Shown here: positions 55,540 through 64,000 of the stretch, in pieces
Layout of the letters: each line of letters opens with the position of its first letter
How positions within the stretch are numbered: position 1 is the first letter of the stretch
Origin: Polyangiaceae bacterium
GTDB taxonomy: Bacteria > Myxococcota_A > Polyangia > Polyangiales > Polyangiaceae
Assembly (NCBI GenBank): GCA_050287085.1
Contig: JBNKBE010000028.1
Coordinates: 9,024 to 73,023 of the forward strand
Direction: 5' to 3'
DNA length: 64,000 nucleotides
The notes under the pieces: generated by a model
What the model saw: only the letters and a program-made list of their open reading frames with translations
Databases searched by the model: none
What the model was told of the DNA's origin: nothing
Translations under genes and position numbers: made by a program

Positions 55540-56634
55540 CTACGAGGGCAGGTCCGGAAAGGCGGCGCGGACGTCGGGGTTCAGGAGCTTGCCCCCCGCC
55601 AGATTGAGGGCCTTGTGGTGCCCCGGACTTGTCGCCAGAAACGACTGCACGCCCTGGGAGGCAAGCCTTTGCAGGTACGGGAAAGTTGCGTGGCATAGAG
55701 CACGCGTGCTGGTTCGTCCAACGGCGGCCGGCATGTTGGCGACGCAGTAGTGCACCACGCCTTCGGCGACGAATGTGGGCTGGCTGTGGGTAGTGGGCCG
55801 TGAGGTTTCCAGGCCTCCGCCTTGGTCGATACACACGTCGACAACAACGCTCTTGGGACGCATATGCCGCAGCAAGTCCCGCGTGACTAGTTTTGGAGCT
55901 GCCCGCCCTGGGACAAGCACGGCGGTGATGAGCAGATCCGCGTCGGTCACCGCGCTTCGAATGTTGTGCGCGTCGCTGTATAGGGTGGCGACGTTTGCCG
56001 GCAGCTCTTTGTCGAGCGCACGCAACGAGTTCAGGTTGATGTCGAGCACAGTGACGCGCGCCCCCAGTCCTGCGGCCATCAGGGCGGCGTTTCGTCCGAC
56101 GATACCACCCCCAACAACCACCACGTGAGCCGGGGGAACGCCCGGCGCGCCGCTGAGCAACACGCCGCTGCCGCCAGCCGGCGCCTCCAAGTGCCGTGCG
56201 CCGGCTTGGATCGACAGTCGTCCCGCGATTTCGCTCATGGGCACAAGCAGGGGCAAGCTGCCGTCCGGGCCCTCCAGGGTCTCATACGCGAGGGCGGTGA
56301 AGCCACGCGCCAGGCAGTCTTCCGTCAACGAGCGGCTACCCGCGAAGTGGAAATACCCAAACACGACGTGGTCGGGTCGCAGCAAGGCGACCTCCGCCGG
56401 CTGGGGTTCCTTCACTTTGACGATCAGTTCAGCCTGTCCATAGAGCGCTTTGGCGTCGGGCACGAGTTGGGCGCCGGCGGCTTCATATTCAGCGTCGGTG
56501 ATTCCGGCTCCGGCGCCTGAGCTCGCCTCGATCAAGACCTCATGACCGTCTCGGACGAGAGCCTGGGCTCCAGCGGGTAGCAGGGCTACGCGAAACTCAT
56601 CTGCCTTGATCTCCTTCGGGATCCCGATCTTCAT
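55540..56634 (-). CDS. ald: Alanine dehydrogenase
   Basis: MKIGIPKEIKADEFRVAL, IVKVKEP, LLVPMSEIAGRLS, GGGIVG, VDVCIDQGG, HYCVANMP. Confidence 0.95.
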   Translation of the reverse strand: MKIGIPKEIKADEFRVALLPAGAQALVRDGHEVLIEASSGAGAGITDAEYEAAGAQLVPDAKALYGQAELIVKVKEPQPAEVALLRPDHVVFGYFHFAGSRSLTEDCLARGFTALAYETLEGPDGSLPLLVPMSEIAGRLSIQAGARHLEAPAGGSGVLLSGAPGVPPAHVVVVGGGIVGRNAALMAAGLGARVTVLDINLNSLRALDKELPANVATLYSDAHNIRSAVTDADLLITAVLVPGRAAPKLVTRDLLRHMRPKSVVVDVCIDQGGGLETSRPTTHSQPTFVAEGVVHYCVANMPAAVGRTSTRALCHATFPYLQRLASQGVQSFLATSPGHHKALNLAGGKLLNPDVRAAFPDLPS

Positions 56635-56743
56635 GGCGTTAGGCGAGTTATGGCGGGACGGTCACCGCGGAGCAAGGTGGTGCTGCGCCGCGCAGCCCAC
56701 GGGCCGTGGGCGGCCCATGGGTGAGCCGGAGCTGGCTCAGACG

Positions 56744-56783
56744 CAAGCGACCCGCTCGCCACAAGGGCGGAGCGGGTCGCTTG
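56744..56783 (-). terminator. Hairpin downstream of the 56816 gene
   Basis: CAAGCGACCCGCTC...GAGCGGGTCGCTTG 14-bp stem. Confidence 0.5.
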
Positions 56784-56815
56784 GCTCCGGCGGGGCTTGC
56801 CGCTGGCCCGAGGGA

Positions 56816-58126
56816 CTAGCGGCGCGCGGCTTGACGCCGCACCAGTCCGAGGCCAAGGCCCAGTAGCCCGAGCAGCCAAACGGGTGAGCCCTGCGTCTTG
56901 CCGGCCGCGGAAACGCTACAGCCCCCCTCGTCCGCACTCGTGTCGTCTACCGCGCTGTGGGCGACGTCGCCTTTTGAGCTGGTATCCGGGGTTGGCTTGG
57001 CGTCGTGGTCGCCTGCGACTGAGGCGCCGGCGCCGGGAGCAGGGGCCGATTCGTCGCCATCGCCGGTGCCGCGTGGGCCTGCGCCTGAGCCACCGGCTCC
57101 CGTGCTGGTGGCTTCTCCCACGCTGCCGTCTTCGAACGCCACGTCGACCGTTCCACCTCCGAAGTAGTTGGGGGGGACGCAGAATGAGGGGCCTGTTTCG
57201 ACGACACAATCCGGGCCTGAACCCCCCGCTTCAGGGCCGGGGTCGGGGACCGGTGCAAGGCGTTCGCCGCCGCCGGAGTCAGCCGCTGCGGCGCCGCCGG
57301 TTGCGCCGTCAGTCCCGGTGCTGCTCACCGCGCCGGTGCTAGTGGTACCGGCTTGGCCGGTAGAAGAGCAGGTACTCTCGTAGCTGGGAACGCAGCTCCA
57401 GTCCGTGGGGCATTGGTCGTCGACCTCACAGGGCATCTCTTCAACCTGACAATACCCAGTCGCCGACTCCCGGCACGTACACTCCGGGGGGTCATTGGGA
57501 GGGGGAAGGAGATCGGCGTTGTCCGAAGTGGGACTGCCGCCGGAGGCAGTGCCGCCCGTGCCGACGCCCCCCGCGCTGGTGTTGCCTGCGCCGGCCTCAC
57601 CGGCACTTCCGTTCGCGGGAGCGTCCATCACCCCCCCGCTGGAAGCGCAATCGCACTCTTCGTATTTTACGCAGTTGAAGCCTTTGCCGCAGTCTGCGCT
57701 TTCGCTACAGGCCGTGTTGTAGGGCTCGACGCAGCGCGAGTATTCTGTGCTGGGGCCACACGTCGGTGCGGGCAGCGCGCAGTCTTCGTCGGGGGCACAG
57801 GCTACATCGGTCGCAGTGCAATCGCCACTGAGGAGGAGCGTCTCGCAGATCAAGCCGTCTGCGCAGTCGCTGTCGGCCTTGCAGGGGGCGGGCTCACAGC
57901 TTCGGTATTCAGTGACCGTGGGTTCACAATCTACAGGATCACACACCTCGCCTTCGGCGCACACGGGCGCCGCGCAGCCACTGGCGCTGCCGCCGGTGAC
58001 CTGACAGGTGTAACCTTCTTTGCAGTCGGTATCGGTTTCACACTCTTGTGCGAATACATGGGCTGCGGAGAAGAGGGTGAGGCTCGATAGAGCCAGGGAG
58101 GTTCCAAGGGTTCGAAGGGTGTTCAT
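56816..58126 (-). CDS. Secreted Cys-rich protein with MYXO-CTERM-type sorting tail
   Basis: Signal peptide ending VFA-QECETDTDC, several C-x-x-D-x-D-C modules with Gly/Ser linkers, C-terminal GGCSVS-TM-RRQAARR. Confidence 0.8.
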   Translation of the reverse strand: MNTLRTLGTSLALSSLTLFSAAHVFAQECETDTDCKEGYTCQVTGGSASGCAAPVCAEGEVCDPVDCEPTVTEYRSCEPAPCKADSDCADGLICETLLLSGDCTATDVACAPDEDCALPAPTCGPSTEYSRCVEPYNTACSESADCGKGFNCVKYEECDCASSGGVMDAPANGSAGEAGAGNTSAGGVGTGGTASGGSPTSDNADLLPPPNDPPECTCRESATGYCQVEEMPCEVDDQCPTDWSCVPSYESTCSSTGQAGTTSTGAVSSTGTDGATGGAAAADSGGGERLAPVPDPGPEAGGSGPDCVVETGPSFCVPPNYFGGGTVDVAFEDGSVGEATSTGAGGSGAGPRGTGDGDESAPAPGAGASVAGDHDAKPTPDTSSKGDVAHSAVDDTSADEGGCSVSAAGKTQGSPVWLLGLLGLGLGLVRRQAARR

Positions 58127-58209
58127 TGTTCGGGCCTTTCTGCCCAAGGGCGGGCGCGGGAGTGTGCGTGGTGCCCTGTTCGTTTGGGCTGCCGTTTGCT
58201 CTCGATTCA

Positions 58210-58225
58210 AGCACGGAGCGTGCCA
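58210..58225 (-). promoter_or_regulatory. sigma54 (-24/-12) promoter for the Cys-rich MYXO-CTERM gene
   Basis: Minus strand TGGCACGCTCCGTGCT, near-consensus TGGCACG-N4-TTGC, 84 bp before the ATG. Confidence 0.65.
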
Positions 58226-58510
58226 CTCTGGCGGCCGCCTGGCGTGTCAGGAAAATGCAGAGTCCAGGCGGGGCTTTTGCCGCTTGTTGCTTCCGGCCTT
58301 CTCGTTCTGCGCTCCGGAATGGGGCGACGCGACGCGTCGCATCGTTCAGGCTTGTGCCGAGCTGTGCCAGAGGCCCGACCGGTACGCCATGATCGTGATC
58401 GAATAGCTCGCACGGGCATACGTGGGCGGCGGCCCTCGGGTTCGGCTGCGGCGCGGCACCTGCCCTCGAGTTGCGGCGCGGCGCTGGGCAGATGATATAC
58501 AGACGGATTC

Positions 58511-59797
58511 ATGAAGCTTCCGCACACACACTCCCGATTGGTTTTCTCCGCTCCGCACGCCCGCTGTCTGACTTTGGCCATGGCCCTTGCAGGGGGCGCC
58601 TTCTGCTCCGCCTGTGGTGACGACTCCGTGGCGCCGCCGAGTGACGGAAGTGGAGCCGGTGCGGGCGGGGCTAGCGCAGGTAGCGCAGGCGCGGAGGCCC
58701 CCGGAGGCACTTCCGCCGTGGCGGGTGCCAGTGCAGGCGAAGGCGGAATGCCAGCCGTGGCCGGAACCGACGCGGGAGGCGACTCGGGGGTCGCTGGCAA
58801 TGCACAAGGCGGCGGCTCTTCCGGCGAGGCGGCTGGCGGCCAAGCGGGGGCCGCGGGCGCCCCAGAAACGGGGGGTGCCGGTACAGGGGCGGACGATGAC
58901 GCACCGCCGTCCGAGGGCAGCGTGTGTCCGGCCGATCCCGGTGCAGCTCCGTCCGGCACTTTGCAGGCGAGTCTGGTGGAGGCGGCTGCACCCGAGGGGT
59001 ACGACTACCGCTTGTACGAAGGTCCGGTTTGGATCGACGGTGCCCTCTATTTCTCGGATATTCTTCCCAACCCGTGGGATTCGGATATTCGCAAGTTCGT
59101 TCCTGGAAGTGCTGAGGCGCCTCCGATCATCACCGGCGCGGGCTCCAATGGCTTGGCTGTGGACGCCAACGGCGTGATGTTCTCCGCAACCGCGAGACTT
59201 GGGGAAATCAGTCGCTACGATCTGTCGTCGCTAACTCAAAGTCCCGCGGTGCCGGGTATGTTCAATTCGCCCAATGACCTCGCGATTGCCTCCGACGGTA
59301 CCCTCTACTTTTCCGATCCGCAGCAGGGCGAACTACCACAAGGGGGACACCCCCAGGTGGTGCACGTCGTCAAGGACGGCGTAGATACGCCATTTGATGA
59401 GTCGATCCAAGCGCCCAACGGGGTCACTCTATCACTAGCAGAAGACGTGCTCTACATATCCGGCGGCGGGTACACGGGGTACGTCAAGAAGGTCGCTCTG
59501 GATGGGGGGATGCCCGGAGCGATTGAAGATCTCGTCACTGGGCTCGAGCTTCCCGATGGGATGACGCTCGACTGTGCCGGCAACCTCTACGTTGCTCTTC
59601 ACGAGCGCGGCATCGTTCAAGTTTATAGCCCCGATGGCGACGAGCTCGCCACCATCGAATTGGGCAACGCGGCTAATGGACAAGCGGCAAAACCGACCAA
59701 CGTGGCGTTTGGTGGCACGGAGCGCAAGACGTTGTTCATTACCGCCAGCTATTCCTTGTGGCAGTTGGACTTGCCCATTTCAGGGCTTCCTTATTGA
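58511..59797 (+). CDS. SMP-30/gluconolactonase/LRE family lipoprotein
   Basis: Lipobox CSAC-GDD, Gly/Ala linker, YEGPVW, GSNGLA, FNSPNDL, PNGVTLS, PDGMTLDCAGNLYV, PTNVAFGG. Confidence 0.9.
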   Translation: MKLPHTHSRLVFSAPHARCLTLAMALAGGAFCSACGDDSVAPPSDGSGAGAGGASAGSAGAEAPGGTSAVAGASAGEGGMPAVAGTDAGGDSGVAGNAQGGGSSGEAAGGQAGAAGAPETGGAGTGADDDAPPSEGSVCPADPGAAPSGTLQASLVEAAAPEGYDYRLYEGPVWIDGALYFSDILPNPWDSDIRKFVPGSAEAPPIITGAGSNGLAVDANGVMFSATARLGEISRYDLSSLTQSPAVPGMFNSPNDLAIASDGTLYFSDPQQGELPQGGHPQVVHVVKDGVDTPFDESIQAPNGVTLSLAEDVLYISGGGYTGYVKKVALDGGMPGAIEDLVTGLELPDGMTLDCAGNLYVALHERGIVQVYSPDGDELATIELGNAANGQAAKPTNVAFGGTERKTLFITASYSLWQLDLPISGLPY

Positions 59798-61102
59798 GCC
59801 TTTTCCCGTTGAGCCGTCGCGGGTCTGATCCAAGAGGCTTCGGACCTGTCGGAGCAGTTCCTGACCGCTGAACGGTTTGGTGAGTACGGCGCGTAGGTTA
59901 CCTGTTGCGGTGGCGCGCGCCACGTCCGCTTCGGCATGGCCGGTGCAGACCAGTAGAGGTACCTGGAGGCGCTTCTGGGCGAGCTCTGGACTTAGCTCCC
60001 AGGCGCCGAGATGGGGCATCAGCGCGTCGGTGACAATGAGATCGACATTCCCCGACAGTGCGCCCCACACTCTAAGCGCGTCCAGGCCGCTCTCGGCTTC
60101 GTATACCGCGTAGCCCGCCGAACGCAACACCCGGGCGATGCTAACCCGCACCAATGGGTCGTCGTCTACGAGCAATACGGTTTCTTGTCTCGTACCTGGG
60201 GCTACGTCAGGGGCCAGGCTTGTAGGCGTCGAAGCCTCAATGGTGGGGAGCACGACAATCAAGCGCGTTCCGGCGCCAGTACTCGAACGCAACTCGATTG
60301 TGCCTCTCATGCGCTTGACGATCGAGCGAACGACGGATAAGCCGAGGCCAGCTCCTTCGTCGGGGGCTTTGGTGGAGAAGAAAGGCGTGAACGCTTGGTC
60401 GGCGACCTCCGAGCTCATGCCTGTGCCGGTATCGGTGAGTGTGATGCGTACCGCGGGTTGGGCATCCAGCTCGTCGGCACTGGCGTTAACGCGAAGCCGA
60501 CCGCCCTGGGGCATCGCGTCCCGGGCATTGACGGCCAGATTGATCAGCATCTGATTGAGTTCAAGCCGGTTACAAGAGAGCTGTCCCAGTCCGCGGTCGA
60601 TTTGCGTATCGAGGGCAATATGTTGCGGAAGCAGCCGGCGCAGCATCAGACACACATGGTCCAGGGCGTCGGATGCCGCAAGCTTCTCTCTTTGGCCACT
60701 GGCGGGGCGTCCAAACGCGAGCAACTGCTTGGTCAGTTGAGCTCCTCGGTCCGTCGCATCGAGCAATAGATCAAGGGCCTCGTTGCGTGACGTGTCGGTG
60801 AGCGCGTCACGTGCCCATTCTGCACTGCTGGCAATGACGAGCAGCAGGTTGTTGAATTCGTGGGCAATGCTGCCCGTCAGCGTTCCAAGCGCACGCAGCC
60901 TGTCTGCGTGCGCTTCTCGCTCGCCGGTGCCGAGCCATGCGTCTCTGTCCGCAGGCGGTGGGCTGGCGGCCTGAGAGTTGGCGGCGGGTGCGGCCGGTTC
61001 CTCCGGGGTTGTGCGACGCCTGAGACCGCTCTTGGCATGGGTGGGTATTTCGGTTTCCGATGCGTGCGGCGACTTTGAGTCTTCGTTTGGTTCGCTGATC
61101 AC
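59780..61102 (-). CDS. Hybrid histidine kinase/response regulator without recognisable sensor domain
   Basis: H-box AHEFNNLL, N-box NLAVNARDAM, DTGTGM, PFFSTK, GAGLGL; REC LLVDDD, VTDALMP, KPF. Confidence 0.9.
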   Translation of the reverse strand: MISEPNEDSKSPHASETEIPTHAKSGLRRRTTPEEPAAPAANSQAASPPPADRDAWLGTGEREAHADRLRALGTLTGSIAHEFNNLLLVIASSAEWARDALTDTSRNEALDLLLDATDRGAQLTKQLLAFGRPASGQREKLAASDALDHVCLMLRRLLPQHIALDTQIDRGLGQLSCNRLELNQMLINLAVNARDAMPQGGRLRVNASADELDAQPAVRITLTDTGTGMSSEVADQAFTPFFSTKAPDEGAGLGLSVVRSIVKRMRGTIELRSSTGAGTRLIVVLPTIEASTPTSLAPDVAPGTRQETVLLVDDDPLVRVSIARVLRSAGYAVYEAESGLDALRVWGALSGNVDLIVTDALMPHLGAWELSPELAQKRLQVPLLVCTGHAEADVARATATGNLRAVLTKPFSGQELLRQVRSLLDQTRDGSTGKGSIRKP

Positions 61103-61397
61103 TCTCTACCCTCCGCGCAGCATATGTGCGCCCCGGCGCGTCACCCGATGGTGGCGCGCGATGGATCCCCGTGATTGTCCAGAAACTAGGCAACCTCGCT
61201 ACGGGCGCACCCGAGCAAATTGCGATCGTTGATCCACATCACCGGACCAGACGAGCTCCGGACGATAACATGGCCGCGATGCGGCGGGTAGCGGATACGA
61301 GAGGTGTCTCGACACCGGCCATTGTGCACCAGTTGCGGCTGAACGAACGACCAGCCCTGTGCTGACGCGAATGTATGCGGTTGTGGGAGCGTTGCGT

Positions 61398-62453
61398 TCA
61401 GCTCGAACGGGCCGTCGCTGCGGCTAGATACTCGGACGGTGACACTCTTGTTACACTGCGAAAAACGCGATGGAATTGCGCGGAGCTGCCAAAGCCGGCT
61501 TCTAGCGCGGCTCCAAGGATGTTGCCTCCCTGCGGATCTACGAGCTTGAGGAAGCGCTCAACTCGTAGCTGGTTGCGATATTCGGTGATGCTCTTGCCGA
61601 CCTCCGCCTTGAAGCGTTTTCCCAGCACACCCGGTCCCACTCCGAGGTGGCGTGCCAACTTGCGGCGATCCAGGTCTGGATCGGCTCGCAGCAGGGTCAT
61701 TACTCTTCCCGCGAACTCGCAAACCGAAAGGGCCGCTTGGGCGCCGTCGGGAAGCAGTCGTTGAAGATGAACGCCGAGAAGCAGGCCGAAAGTGGCTGCC
61801 GCCATCAACGACTGCGGGCACACTGATTCTTGGGACAGTAGATTGTCGCAGACCACGAGCCCTAGTGCTGAGGTGTCCGGACCCAATATGGGGATCAGCC
61901 CGTTCCAGCCACGACCTGCTACGACCGTCGCGTTGAGCCGTTGCGCCATCAGCGGCACGTCGTTAAGTACGAGGTAGTGCCCAGCGCCCGCTTGCGCATT
62001 GGCAAATGCTTCCCGATGGGCTTCGCCCATGGCGAATTCGATATGTGTTTCGCAGGCGTCGCGTCCCTCGGCATCCGTACCCCAGGTGCCGCGCAGCGTG
62101 CCGTCCGCGGTGGTCAGGAATAGCGCCGTGCGCCCCAACGCAAAGGTGTCCCGGAGACAGCGGACCGCATGGCGGATCAACGCATCAAGATCCGTGAAAT
62201 GGCCGAGTTCATAGCTGTGCTTCAGAACGTTCTCGAGTCCATCTGCGTTGGACTTCTCGGGCGCGCGTGGCAGTGCAGGAGGAACGCTTCCGCGAAGCAG
62301 CAGCGGCCAGTCGACACGCGTGCGCTCGGCAGTAGCGGCCGCGGCTTGAAGTTGGAAGGTCGCAAGCTGTTCTTCGCGGCAGCGCGCTCGGGTTGGACGA
62401 CAGGGCCGTTGGGGGGGAGCTGGAATGTCTCCCAATGCGGCTTTATTTGTCAT
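61398..62453 (-). CDS. GAF-domain AraC family transcriptional regulator
   Basis: GAF-like DLDALIRHAV...RTALFL..LRGTWGTD...IPIL..LGLVVCDN; AraC HTH LGKRFKAEVGKSITEYRNQLR, AALEAGFGSSAQFHRVF. Confidence 0.85.
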   Translation of the reverse strand: MTNKAALGDIPAPPQRPCRPTRARCREEQLATFQLQAAAATAERTRVDWPLLLRGSVPPALPRAPEKSNADGLENVLKHSYELGHFTDLDALIRHAVRCLRDTFALGRTALFLTTADGTLRGTWGTDAEGRDACETHIEFAMGEAHREAFANAQAGAGHYLVLNDVPLMAQRLNATVVAGRGWNGLIPILGPDTSALGLVVCDNLLSQESVCPQSLMAAATFGLLLGVHLQRLLPDGAQAALSVCEFAGRVMTLLRADPDLDRRKLARHLGVGPGVLGKRFKAEVGKSITEYRNQLRVERFLKLVDPQGGNILGAALEAGFGSSAQFHRVFRSVTRVSPSEYLAAATARSS

Positions 62454-62561
62454 GATTGCTCACTAGCGGGTCAGACCTCTTGGGTGTGGGCCAACGCGTA
62501 CAGCGGGCAACCTTCGCGCGCCCTCGGAAGCGGCAAGCGAAAGTTGCCCTAGGGTTGTTGC

Positions 62562-63836
62562 CTAAAGCTGAGGATTGGCGTTGTCCACCAGTTCTAGAAG
62601 GTACGATTCGAACCATTCGCCGGCTTGAGGTGCTCCGGGGGCGGCGTCCGGGGACTGACAATTGGGATCGAAGCGCGGGGCGCCTTCGTCCGCTACGCCG
62701 TCGGACTCTCCCGGGGGCTTAACCCAGTAGTATGCGTCGATTCGTGGTTCCGGACTTGCTTGAGGACGTTCTCCCAGACCCGCTCCTTTGATGTTACACC
62801 AGTTTCCCCAGCGGGAGCGAATGCCCCCACGCCCGTTGCGTGCGGTGTCGATAATGAAGCCCTTATTGTCGATTCCCGCAAGGGCAAGTGACTCTGCGAG
62901 GGCATTGACGTAGCACAATTCGTTGGCGCAAGGATTGCTCGGCTCCAGTCGTTTACCATCGTCTCCGGCGAGAGGGTTGTAGTTGGATACGTTGGTCGCA
63001 AAGCCACGAATGCGATCGCTACCGCCGGCCATGGCTAGCACTTCTTTGAAGAGCTCTACCGTTCTGCGGCGGTTCGATTCCCATCCAAGCCATCCGGCGT
63101 GGGCCGCGTCCAAGTACAGGTATACATTGGGCATCGAAAGCTGCGAGATCGCATAGGCAATCGAGTTCTTGTATAGGTTCTGGGACAACGCACACTTCTC
63201 GACACCGAGATTGGACACGAGATTCGGGAGGGAGTCGGGTTCTAGGATTAGGACGACTTGTTGGTCGGGATAGTCTGCGAGAGTAGTGCTCAGCACGTCG
63301 ATGAACTCTTCGCGATAGCGTCGCTCTCCGTCGTTTTCGGAGTCCAGTTCACCCGCTGAGGCCTCGGCCGCGCAATCGCGATTGGGGAGATCGTAGACGA
63401 CAAGTACCGGCACGACAGCGCGACCCAGTTGCTCGGACTGCGCTGCCGACTCTTTTAGCACCGATGGCACCTGATCGAGGGAAGCGATGCTGTCGAGCCA
63501 AATAGCGCTCGATACGTTGGTCAGCGACTCGAGCGCGTGGGCCTTGTCCGGGTGGCGCTCGGCGGTGGCTCGGATCTTGGCGCTGTATTCGGGGTTGACG
63601 AAGAAGCTTGCGTTCGCAAAAGGGTTTGTGGCGGGGGCTGCGCCGTGGGTAGGAGGCGGCACCGGCTTGGCGAGCAGGGCAGTGATGAGTCCGCGGTGCG
63701 TCTCGGTAGGCTGGCTGGGAGCGGCCACGTGCGCCGGCTTCGAGCACGCTAATAGCGTCGCGCCCAATGCGACTGAGAGGGCCGTCAATGCACGATTGCG
63801 GGACTGCAGGTTTCTTGTCTGGCTGTGTTGAATCAC
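62562..63836 (-). CDS. Glycoside hydrolase family 6 cellulase (lipoprotein)
   Basis: Lipobox LLAC; VVYDLPNRDCAA, ILEPDSL (catalytic acid), YLDAAHAGWLGW, GFATNVSNYN, IDTARNG, WCN, WVKPPGESDG, APQAGEWF; GGAGG SD. Confidence 0.95.
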   Translation of the reverse strand: MIQHSQTRNLQSRNRALTALSVALGATLLACSKPAHVAAPSQPTETHRGLITALLAKPVPPPTHGAAPATNPFANASFFVNPEYSAKIRATAERHPDKAHALESLTNVSSAIWLDSIASLDQVPSVLKESAAQSEQLGRAVVPVLVVYDLPNRDCAAEASAGELDSENDGERRYREEFIDVLSTTLADYPDQQVVLILEPDSLPNLVSNLGVEKCALSQNLYKNSIAYAISQLSMPNVYLYLDAAHAGWLGWESNRRRTVELFKEVLAMAGGSDRIRGFATNVSNYNPLAGDDGKRLEPSNPCANELCYVNALAESLALAGIDNKGFIIDTARNGRGGIRSRWGNWCNIKGAGLGERPQASPEPRIDAYYWVKPPGESDGVADEGAPRFDPNCQSPDAAPGAPQAGEWFESYLLELVDNANPQL

Positions 63837-63934
63837 GATGAGTTCCTCCGATATCGGCGGTGTGCCGTATCGGTGAAGCTAGCCGGACGGGATGGGCTCC
63901 GCCTCTCACTCGGCGCCTAGGGTGTCGCATGGCG

Positions 63935-64000
63935 AGCCGCAGAGGTATCAGGGAGGCAAGCCGCAGAGGTATCAGGGAGGCAAGCCGCAGAGGTATCAGG
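63935..64000. repeat. 24-bp tandem repeat (AGCCGCAGAGGTATCAGGGAGGCA), at least 2.75 copies, runs off the right edge
   Basis: Identical units at 63935-63958 and 63959-63982, partial from 63983; no spacers. Confidence 0.9.

Noticed and set aside
63935..64000. CRISPR array
   Set aside because: Units are directly adjacent with no unique spacers and there are no cas genes in the window

Overview
A 64-kb, GC-rich bacterial chromosomal segment with strong myxobacterial character (MYXO-CTERM-type sorting tails, an AgmX/PglI-type TonB C-terminal protein, many Cys-rich and Gly/Ala/Asp-linker lipoproteins, a GH6 cellulase). A Polyangiaceae/Sorangiineae-like host is inferred. Left part: a nitrogen-scavenging locus containing a truncated TonB-dependent receptor, an FmdC-like porin, urtABCDE and ureD-ureA/B(fused)-ureC-ureE-ureF-ureG, followed by an unusual [2Fe-2S]-FAD/NAD reductase-truncated globin-CxxC fusion and an NCS2/AzgA-like permease. 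Next is a class I DAHP synthase preceded by what looks like a complete ribosome-dependent attenuator (leader peptide with F-W-T-W-F-S-Y, antiterminator, terminator). Middle part: paired CBM-like lipoproteins, ahpCF-oxyR, a multi-wHTH orphan protein between Cys-rich secreted proteins, an AspT/YidE transporter, a GT-C-like membrane protein, ThuA, an uncharacterised barrel/propeller lipoprotein pair and an M6 protease. Right part: a decayed accessory region at the 3' end of tRNA-Cys(GCA) with LysR/SDR/MDR genes, IS3 scars and a broken DUF4258/MqsA-like TA pair; then ald, a sigma54-preceded MYXO-CTERM protein, gluconolactonase, a sensor-less hybrid kinase, GAF-AraC, GH6 and a 24-bp tandem repeat at the edge. 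Several genes show a leaderless-mRNA signature. No CRISPR array or rRNA was seen. All family assignments come from motif recognition by eye; no database searches were run.
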